Shown here one piece after another: positions 1 to 10,000 of a DNA stretch of 64,000 bases. Positions within the stretch are counted from its first letter, which is position 1. Each line of letters opens with the position of its first letter. The notes under the pieces were generated by a model. It was not told the origin of the DNA. It saw only the letters and a list, made by a program, of their open reading frames with translations, and ran no database searches. Source of the DNA: Nemertoderma westbladi (Eukaryota; Animalia; Xenacoelomorpha); the NCBI GenBank assembly GCA_032718475.1, contig JAUCBJ010009100.1:1-64000 (forward strand). The letters are read 5' to 3'. Position numbers and translations under genes: made by a program.

Positions 1-2
1 AA

Positions 3-1319
3 GGAGTCGGCAAATCCCTGACGACGCTCGCGTTCCTTGATAACGGGTCTGACGGAACCATCATCGACCGGGATTTCCTCGAGCAACTCGGCCTAGAATA
101 TGAACCTTGTAAACGGCCCATACAAACCATCACCGATAACAGAGAGGTAGAGTCTGGGGAGGTGCAACTCCAGATGGAAGGAGTAATGAAGGGCTACGAA
201 ACGGTTAAGCTAACCATCAAGAATGCCTTGGTACACACAGACCTCCGAGTGCGGTTCCGACAATCAGCCGAGTACGCCCCCCTCATACAATTGGACCGAG
301 ACAATGTAGATCTGAGGTGTCCGCAGTTGGACGTAAACCGCATCACCCTACTGATCGGACTTGATACACCGGAATTACACATACCAACCGGAGATGTCGC
401 CCGATCCATAAAGAAGGATGACGGCTTTTACGCTGAACGAACAATAATGGGATGGACCCTCTGCGGCATCAAGGAAGAAACTACTGACACCTATACATAC
501 CTTCCTAAATGTCAGATTAAAGAAAATGTAACATCCGTGGGTTATTGCTCAGCTACAGATCTGGACGAGGATTTTTTCCTTGAAACCGAGAGAACCCAGC
601 GGGAGATGACCGGATGCTTTAATGTGGAGACCCGAGAGTTTGCCGAGAAGGATGAGAATCCGTCCGAGGAAGATCAATATTGTACCAACATTTTTGATCA
701 GGCCACGTTCAAAGACGGACATTGGCGCGTGCCCATGCTTTGGTGGCTAAGAAGGTTGTTGATGATAATAATGATGTTGATAACATTGACACCATTAACG
801 GGAGAGCATGGACTAATCTGCCGTAATACCCGGATGGCGAACGCCTCAGTTGAGTCCCTCACTCCTAACCACCTACTAGGGAGACCCAAAACCCACGTTC
901 TCCCAGAGACCATGTTCCCGGTTCCCAACGAGATCGCGAGACATACAAATTGGAAGAAGGCCCAAGCATTGGCAGCGCATTGGTGGAGAATCTGGGCCCA
1001 GGAGTACCTCATAACCCTCCGGACCAGGAGGAAATGGAACAACACCTACCGGAACGTCGCAGTTGGCGACATGGTACTAGTAAAAGAAGATCTCAAAGAC
1101 CGCGTTCACTGGCCTGTGGCGTGGGTCGTGACCATACACCCAAGCAAAGACGGACTTGCGAGGACTGTGACGATACGAACGACATCGGGCCACTACCAAC
1201 GCACTATCCAGAGGCTGTGCCTTCTTGAAGGCAATGATAGCGGTGACTCTACGAGAGGTGATAAGTTCCCTACTCAAGATCCTGCTGCAGACATCGGTGA
1301 CAATGATAAATGCGTTTGA
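3..1319 (+). pseudogene. pol: BEL pol remnant: protease fused in frame to the post-integrase tail; RT, RNase H and integrase core missing
   Basis: DGHWRVPMLW matches DGHYEIGLLW of BEL-3, just before RT. After ~100 nt of filler comes SVESLTPNHLL, matching DSLEALTPVHFL of BEL-2, which lies after the integrase core. Confidence 0.85.
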
Positions 1320-1613
1320 ACCCTTCTTATCCTGTTGACAAACTCTTTTAAACTGTGATTTATCGACGATGAAAATGGACCCCCCTTAAACCAACTGTAA
1401 CCACGCAATGGTATTTGTGTTTCCTCGTGTGTTATGTGGAGTCCAGCGTCACCCTGCAGATGTTTCGACTGACGCAGGGTCGTTTATGCATTGTTTACCC
1501 TGATTTTGGTCATCGGGACCAACGATATTGGATTATTGGAAATGGTAAAGATTTGAAGTGGAATTCATTGTATCCATTGTAGTATGTTATGTTGTCCGTT
1601 GCGTGCGCAGTTC

Positions 1614-2014
1614 GGGGCGTAGGCGGTGTAACGAGTCCAGCTGTAGATCCCGGATTGCCGCGCAACACCCCCTCTATCCCGTTATTCTGGTGGGTCCATG
1701 GTGCATCCACATGACTTCGACAATAGGGGGTTTTATGTTTCTCAGTCGCGTTATTCTGGTGGGACCGTTGCGTGGATTTTGGGGCGTAGGCGGTGTAACG
1801 AGTCCAGCTGTAGATCCCAGAATGTTGCATAACCCCATCCCACATGACTTCGTCGACTGAGCTTTATGTTGTTGGGAGTGTTATTCTGGTGGGTCCCTGG
1901 TGCATCCACGTGACTTCACTCCCAGCGTCTTCATTGTCCATTACGTGTGCAGTTTGGGGCGTAGGCGGTGTAACGAGTCCAGCTGTAGATCCCGGATTGC
2001 CGCGTAACACCCCT
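1614..2014. repeat. Two interleaved GC-rich motifs, three copies each, between pol and the accessory ORF
   Basis: GGGGCGTAGGCGGTGTAACGAGTCCAGCTGTAGATCCC at ~1614, ~1781 and ~1956. GTTATTCTGGTGGG... at ~1681, ~1750 and ~1879. Confidence 0.85.
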
Positions 2015-2563
2015 TCCATAACGAAAATTTACCAAAGAAGATGATTGAATGTAGTTGGAAATGATGAAAAGACTCAGACAACTCTACTATAAACCGAATG
2101 ATGACGCGTATGCTGATGAAAATGTAATGATGCGCACCCTGGTGCTTCGCTTATAACAATGATGATAGCCGGGGGGCTATAACCCCAATGATGGTGTGGA
2201 AATAAACAAAATTGATAATAAATGGTGGAACTAAATGTGTTGAAATGTGTTGAAATAAATGAAATGAGATGAAATAATAAAGAGAAATGAAAAGAGACAA
2301 AAAAAAGGTATAAAAAGTCTAAAGAAAGGAATTGGAAAAAAGAAAAGGACAAAAAAGTCATAAAAAACTGGTTGGATATTAATGTATAGTTATAGTAACT
2401 GTAAATGCTGAATGTATTAGCAATAAGATGATAGATGTCTATATAGCAATGTTATTAATAAACTGAACTAAAAATAAACTGAATTATTCTGCAATCGCTA
2501 TAGTTTCAGACTTTCTGGACTTATAATTAACTGATCTAATTTGTAACGGATATAATCGTAAAT

Positions 2564-5164
2564 ATGGACCCAAATCACCAAATTATCGGCGAATTACGTA
2601 ACACGATAGATCTACTGGAATATTCGCAACCCGGATCACCTGACTTTGATACAAATTGGAGCACCCTGCTAAATGAGAACGTGCGAGTCGTTAAATTCAC
2701 CGGGCGAGAGGGACCGGATTCCAAGAATCTACGAGCCCTCCGGTTAGCCGATGCTAGTACGAGACTGAAAAGAACTCGGAACGCAAAGGCAACCGGAGGG
2801 GACGAGTCGTCGTTTTGGGAAACATTCCGACAAAGCGTCTACAAATCCCAATGTTTGATCTACGACAACGAGGGAAACGCGACACCCACCTCGAAAGCGA
2901 TTACGTTGGCGAGATGTCAAAGTTTTGTCGACGACAAGAGTACGTACCTCGCCCACTGGGGAAACCTGTCGGAGTGTACGGCAACGCTTCGAGAGGAACG
3001 CATATCGATTATCCAGAACCGCGACGACTACCAGGATAAGTACGGGGCGAAAGAATACGGTCGATCCTTAGTCGTCGTCCTCGGAACCCTGGACGGTTTG
3101 GTACTGGTGTGCCGAATATTCCCGACACCCAGGCAGGAAGTGCAGGCAGCCGGAGCGATCTGGTTGCTACCTCCGGAAATCCAAAAGATCCTCTTCGACT
3201 TCGACGTCATTAAAATCGGGTCGGATATCAAGGCGGACGTCCGGAACGACTACGCGAACGCTCCTTTAGGAAGAAACCGATGAGACGACCTCAACGCCCT
3301 TAGCCATTGCGTCGACACCCAAACGCTATTAGCCTGGTTACGATTCGCCGAGTTCATGCGAGGTTTCCGGGAGGTAAGACCGACAAAATCCGGTATCGGC
3401 TACCTCGCTGTGCTGAATGGTGGCATCGACTTCAAACCCCAGAAATTTCGGGATTATAATAAAATATATGGTGGATACCCGGAATTAGAAATAAAGAGCG
3501 AGAGAGAGGGTCGATGGAAAGACGTTGACCGGAAGTGGACGATACACCAAAGGTGGGAGAATCCCGATCGACGGAACTATATCTACGTCGTTATGGAGTG
3601 CTACACCGTCGCTAAGTTTATCTGTAAGACTCTCGATAACCTCATCAGGGCGGTTCCCCTTTCCTTCGTCGACTACGACTGGAACGAGGTTATAAACCAC
3701 GCGTTCAAAGCGGTCGAGAACATTACACCGGGAGAATCGAAAACGCCCGCCGTTATCGATTCCTGGGACGAGAGCGGACCTTACGACATCCCCACGATTA
3801 CCGAGCTTCTTGGTGTGGAGGAGCCTCTGATTTCCTCGGAAGGGGAAGAAATATGGCTACAGGAGGGCGTTCTATTATCCACCCCGAAGCGACAACTCGA
3901 GCCGGGAGCCGCGTACGGACCGGCCGCCAAACGGGTTGCCTCGGCCGAACCGATGATGAAAGCAGGTGCTTACACCCCATGCGGCTCCGGTAGCCCTGCG
4001 AGGGAGGTAGCCACTACATCTGCATTGAGCGACTTCGGCGACATATGCCAACGGTTATCCCCGTATCCCTTCCCGGGTGGCGAAGACTGGTCATCGGAGA
4101 TTCCGAGTACCAGCAACCAACGGACCCGCTCAGCGATACTGGTCGAGAAGGGTCCCAGCGATGCGCCGACCCCCGACGATCTCCTCGGTATCCCTCCGTC
4201 AAAAACCCCGGCACCTCTTCGCCGACCAGCGGTGGCTACTACACCCTCCATTCCTCAGGACCCTATGCGACTAACCCGTTGGTACGCCGAGCAAACTGAA
4301 TGGATCCACCGCCAGAAACGGTCGTCCGAGTTGAGAACAGCGGGACACAAAGAAGGTTATCGTAGCGAGGACCTACTACGCAAAAGCCTAGCATTCCGCG
4401 GGCTACCGGCCACCGCGAATATTCAGAAGAGCGACCGATGACTCGAATATTACGTCGGCATCCCGATTCCGATATTCCCCGGTCGAGAGATGCAATTGGA
4501 GGTTTGCAGCAACTGCGGTTCGGAGCAGTGCCCACGCGGTAGAAGGAATCGGGTTACCGATTCGTGCCTCCAGCTCATCGGGATACTCTATTGCCCATAC
4601 TGTGCGACATCGGGCCACGACGTTTCCGTCTGTCCAATCCTATACAACCTCTGCACCACGTGCGGTTTCCGTGGGCATTCCTCTAGCCCCCGCTGCTATA
4701 TCAAATGTCCCACTAAAGACGTAACTGCTATGGGAAATTTGGTTATGTTCGAAACCTACGCGAACAACCACGTGAAGACTAAAGTGAGGAGAAACGCTCG
4801 GAATATCGCGCAGGAGATGGCGTGCGGGTATTTCTCCTTCCCGGAACGCCTCCACACGTCGGCCACGCTACCTTTCCATTACGTGGATCTGCTACTGAGC
4901 GCCGGATTATTCGGTCCTTTCGAAGTCATTAGACGATTATACTCGTATAAAGAGGAGTTTGGTGACGGAGAGTGGTTCCTAGAGGCACGCAAGTCCGAGT
5001 TGGAAAGACGAACCGACATGATCCCGATGCCATCGAAAGGAAGAGCCGCCAGGAGACAAGCCGAAGCGTTGCTCACGATGGATGTTGACGCTCCTCTACC
5101 AGCCATAGCGATCGATGAGAGTCGACGGGCGAAGAGACGAAAGGCGTATCAGAGAAAGACATAG
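2564..5164 (+). pseudogene. Accessory gene (~866 codons, two in-frame TGA): DEDDy-type (WRN/Mut-7/EXD-like) 3'-5' exonuclease, Pro/Ser linker, CCHC zinc knuckles
   Basis: ORFs 2564-3283, 3356-4441 and 4490-5164 share one frame and are separated only by TGA at 3281 and 4439. ExoI-like LIYDNEG; ExoII-like LPPEIQKILFDFDVIKIGSDIKADV; CVDTQ; ExoIII-like W...YIYVVMEC. C-terminus has CPYCATSGHDVSVC and CTTCGFRGHSSSPRC. Confidence 0.72.
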
Positions 5165-5650
5165 TGGACCGGGATATTCCAGGAACATTTATTGAACATT
5201 TATTTTTATACACATATATATCTATAAACTCTAGGCCAAATTAATTATGACTATGCAATATTAAATTTGGGTTTTTTATATTGGGAATGACCTACGCAAA
5301 CTCAATCTACCGATAGACCTCACGAAGGTCATTGGGGGGGACTGTTCGCGGTATTTCAACTTTTCATAACGCGAGTTTAATATTTTTTGTATTTATTTAA
5401 AATTGATTATTCCGATATTACTACTGGGTGCGGGACCATGGGTTTTGGGCACATTCAATAAACTGGGGGCGATTTATGGGCGAACTTTGGGGCAACTTAC
5501 AGGGTACGGGAATAATTTCATAGTTATAAGGGCCAGGGGTGGGAGGCAAAGTTAAGCAGTATTCAGGTTAGCCTGAGTACTATTAGGCCCTGGCCAACTT
5601 CCTGCTGCCTGTAGGGGTGGATTTGGTAATGCGCCAGGCCTAAAGGACAA

Positions 5651-6665
5651 GGACTGCCCTTAGCGGTCCCTGGCCAACAGCAGTTATTACGAGACTGAAA
5701 AGAACTCGGAACGCTGACTGCTTGTGTCAGGGATTCGCGACGGGAAACGACAGCCCCCTTAGCTAAGCCGTACTGGTTCTCGATGACCGATCCCTTCGGG
5801 GTTCGCGAGGGTTGGGACGGACATGCGAAAGGGTGGCCGACTAACGACTGCCCCCTGAGCTAAGCCGTACTGGTTCTTGATGACCGATCCCTTCGGGGTT
5901 CGCGAGGGGTGGGACGGACATGCGAAAGGGCTGGCCAAGATGGGTTTGACGAGGACTGCCCTTAGCGGTCTCTGGTCAACGGCAGCTATTACGAGACTGA
6001 AAAGAACTCGGAACGCTGACTGCTTGTGTCAGGGATTCGCGACGGGCAACGACAGCCCCCTTACCTAAGCCGTACTGGTTCTCGATGACCGATCCCTTCG
6101 GGGTTCGCGAGGGGTGGGACGGACATGCGAAAGGGCGGCCGACTTACAGAGGAAGGGTTTAACGAGGACTGCCCTTAGCGGTCTCTGGTCAACAGCAGTT
6201 ATTACGAGCCTGAAAAGGACATCGGAACGCCGGCTGCTTGTACCAGGGATTTGCGACGGGAACCGACGACAGACCCCTGAGCTAAGCCGTACTGGTTCTC
6301 GATGATCGTTCCCTTTGGGGTTCGTGAGGGGTTTGACGGACATGCGACGGGGTCGAAAGACAAAGGACTGGACGCTACTGGCCTACCGACTGTTCGGAGC
6401 AGTTTCTCGGCTGCCGAAGCGACTACGAGCCTGAATAAGGACTCGGAAAGCCTAGGTGGTCGAGTCTCTGCGATGAACTGACGGACCCTTAGCTAAGCCG
6501 TACTGGTTCTCGATGATCGAACCCTTCGGGGTTCGGGAGGGGTGGGACGGATGCGCGAACGGGTCCACTGACACGACAGACTCCTAGCCAAGCCGTGCTG
6601 GTTCTCGATGATTGATCCCTTCGGGGTTCGGGAGGGGTGGAACGGACACGCGACAGGGTCGACCG
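5651..6665 (+). ncRNA. Array of two alternating structured RNA modules in the LTR (A x4, B x6)
   Basis: Module A (~5651, 5953, 6165, degenerate ~6395) is a rod hairpin with a GAAA loop. Module B (~5763, 5860, 6065, 6282, 6493, 6588) is a hairpin with a C(UUCG)G loop. Substitutions between copies preserve pairing. Confidence 0.6.
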
Positions 6666-6697
6666 ACACCGACACTACGGCACTAAGACCAGGACTG

Positions 6698-6749
6698 GGG
6701 AACATTAGGTAGGCTAAAATCTGGGGAACATTGGGTAGGCTAAAATCTG
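6698..6749. repeat. Tandem duplication GGGAACATT(A/G)GGTAGGCTAAAATCTG
   Basis: Two adjacent near-identical copies. Confidence 0.8.
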
Positions 6750-7055
6750 AGCGAACAGTGGGTAATTAAATAATATACTGTAGGGACTTATATTGTCGTG
6801 TATAATTATTGTGAATATTTGGTGTATATTGATTTGGGGAAGCCCAAAATTATTCTCAATCAGGTTTCAACTGTAGGAAGTTACATTAAAGAGTATATCC
6901 AACCAATGCGACTTTTCCTCAACCGCAATCCTGCATTTAAGAAATTCCTCCTTCTCCAAATTCAATATCCGGTGACTGGCCGGGACTCTGTGGTCTGTAA
7001 AGTCACGTATCCAGCATCGGCGTTTTTCCCCCCTGGTGTAGGGATAACGGCAACA

Positions 7056-10000
7056 TATAGTAAATATATTAGTTAGATATAGTAAATCTATTAGTTAGAT
7101 ATGGTAAATCTATGAGTTAGATATAGTAAATCTAAGAGTTAGATATAGTAAATCTATGAGTTAGATATAGTAAATCTATGAGTTAGATATAGTAAATGTA
7201 TTAGTTAGATATAGTAAATCTATAAGTTAGATATAGTAAATCTATGAGTTAGATATAGTAAATCTATTAGTTAGATATAGTAAATCTATTAGTTAGATAT
7301 GGTAAATCTATGAGTTAGATATAGTAAATCTAAGAGTTAGATATAGTAAATCTATGAGTTAGATATAGTAAATCTAAGAGTTAGATATAGTAAATCTATG
7401 AGTTAGATATAGTAAATCTATGAGTTAGATATAGTAAATCTATGAGTTAGATATAGTAAATCTATTAGTTAGATATAGTAAATCTATGAGTTAGATATAG
7501 TAAATCTAAGAGTTAGATATAGTAAATCTATGAGTTAAATATAGTAAATCTGTTAGTTAGATATAGTAAATCTATTAGTTAGATATAGTAAATCTAAGAG
7601 TTAGATATAGTAAATCTAAGAGTTAGATATAGTAAATCTAAGAGTTAGATATAGTAAATCTATGAGTTAGATATAGTAAATCTAAGAGTTAGATATAGTA
7701 AATCTATGAGTTAGATATTGTAAATCTAAGAGTTAGATATAGTAAATCTATGAGTTAGATATAGTAAATCTATGAGTTAGATATAGTAAATATATTAGTT
7801 AGATATAGTAAATCTATTAGTTATATATGGTAAATCTATGAGTTAGATATAGTAAATCTAAGAGTTAGATATAGTAAATCTATGACTTAGATATAGTAAA
7901 TCTATGAGTTAGATATAGTAAATCTATCAGTTAGATATAGTAAATCTAAGAGTTAGATATAGCAAATCTATGAGTTAGATATAGTAAATCTATTAGTTAG
8001 ATATAGTAAATCTAAGAGTTAGATATAGTAAATCTATGAGTTAGATCTAGTAAATCTATGAGTTAGATATAGTAAATCTATGAGTTAGATATAGTAAATC
8101 TATGAGTTAGATATAGTAAATCTATTAGTTAGATATAGTAAATCTAAGAGTTAGATATAGCAAATCTATGAGTTAGATATAGTAAATCTATTAGTTAGAT
8201 ATAGTAAATCTATGAGTTAGATATAGTAAATCTATTAGTTAGATATAGTAAATCTAAGAGTTAGATATAGCAAATCTATGAGTTAGATATAGTAAATCTA
8301 TTAGTTAGATATAGTAAATCTAAGAGTTAGATATAGCAAATCTATGAGTTAGATATAGTAAATCTATTAGTTAGATATAGTAAATCTATGAGTTAGATAT
8401 AGTAAATCTATGAGTTAGATATAGTAAATCTATGAGTTAGATATAGTAAATCTATGAGTTAGATATAGTAAATCTATTAGTTAGATATAGTAAATCTATG
8501 AGTTAGATATAGTAAATCTATGAGTTAGATATAGTAAATCTATGAGTTAGATATAGTAAATCTATGAGTTAGATATAGTAAATCTATGAGTTAGATATAG
8601 TAAATCTATGAGTTAGATATAGTAAATCTATTAGTTAGATATAGTAAATCTAAGAGTTAGATATAGCAAATCTATGAGTTAGATATAGTAAATCTATTAG
8701 TTAGATATAGTAAATCTAAGAGTTAGATATAGCAAATCTATGAGTTAGATATAGTAAATCTATTAGTTAGATATAGTAAATCTATGAGTTAGATATAGTA
8801 AATCTATGAGTTAGATATAGTAAATCTATGAGTTAGATATAGTAAATCTATGAGTTAGATATAGTAAATCTATTAGTTAGATATAGTAAATCTATGAGTT
8901 AGATATAGTAAATCTATGAGTTAGATATAGTAAATCTATGAGTTAGATATAGTAAATCTATGAGTTAGATATAGTAAATCTATGAGTTAGATATAGTAAA
9001 TCTATGAGTTAGATATAGTAAATCTATTAGTTAGATATAGTAAATCTAAGAGTTAGATATAGCAAATCTATGAGTTAGATATAGTAAATCTATGAGTTAG
9101 ATATAGTAAATCTATTAGTTAGATATAGTAAATCTATTAGTTAGATATGGTAAATCTATGAGTTAGATATAGTAAATCTAAGAGTTAGATATAGTAAATC
9201 TATGAGTTAGATATAGTAAATCTAAGAGTTAGATATAGTAAATCTATGAGTTAGATATAGTAAATCTATGAGTTAGATATAGTAAATCTATGAGTTAGAT
9301 ATAGTAAATCTATTAGTTAGATATAGTAAATCTATGAGTTAGATATAGTAAATCTAAGAGTTAGATATAGTAAATCTATGAGTTAAATATAGTAAATCTG
9401 TTAGTTAGATATAGTAAATCTATTAGTTAGATATAGTAAATCTAAGAGTTAGATATAGTAAATCTAAGAGTTAGATATAGTAAATCTAAGAGTTAGATAT
9501 AGTAAATCTATGAGTTAGATATAGTAAATCTAAGAGTTAGATATAGTAAATCTATGAGTTAGATATTGTAAATCTAAGAGTTAGATATAGTAAATCTATG
9601 AGTTAGATATAGTAAATCTATGAGTTAGATATAGTAAATATATTAGTTAGATATAGTAAATCTATTAGTTATATATGGTAAATCTATGAGTTAGATATAG
9701 TAAATCTAAGAGTTAGATATAGTAAATCTATGACTTAGATATAGTAAATCTATGAGTTAGATATAGTAAATCTATCAGTTAGATATAGTAAATCTAAGAG
9801 TTAGATATAGCAAATCTATGAGTTAGATATAGTAAATCTATTAGTTAGATATAGTAAATCTAAGAGTTAGATATAGTAAATCTATGAGTTAGATCTAGTA
9901 AATCTATGAGTTAGATATAGTAAATCTATGAGTTAGATATAGTAAATCTATGAGTTAGATATAGTAAATCTATTAGTTAGATATAGTAAATCTAAGAGTT

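Larger units (their letters stand above)
1..7055 (+). mobile_element. BEL-1: 3' part of a BEL/Pao LTR retrotransposon with internally deleted pol and an accessory exonuclease gene
   Basis: The frame is open from position 3. It contains aspartic protease LAFLDNGS and a Pao-type post-integrase (DUF5641-like) tail LTPNHLLG...EYL..LRTRRKW...VGDMVLV...DGLARTV. A G-rich PPT at 5334-5341 precedes an LTR with TGTT...AACA ends (5343-7055), and satellite follows directly. Confidence 0.85.
5343..7055 (+). repeat. BEL-1 3' LTR (1713 bp)
   Basis: Begins TGTT just after the PPT and ends AACA at the satellite junction. The partner LTR lies outside the window. Confidence 0.75.

Noticed and set aside
2074-2361. 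Phe/Ser-rich minus-strand ORF
   Set aside because: Translation of a low-complexity A/G-rich tract.
5877-7076. Short ORFs in the BEL-1 LTR and their duplicates at 13273-14284
   Set aside because: By-products of GC-rich repeats with no domain signal.
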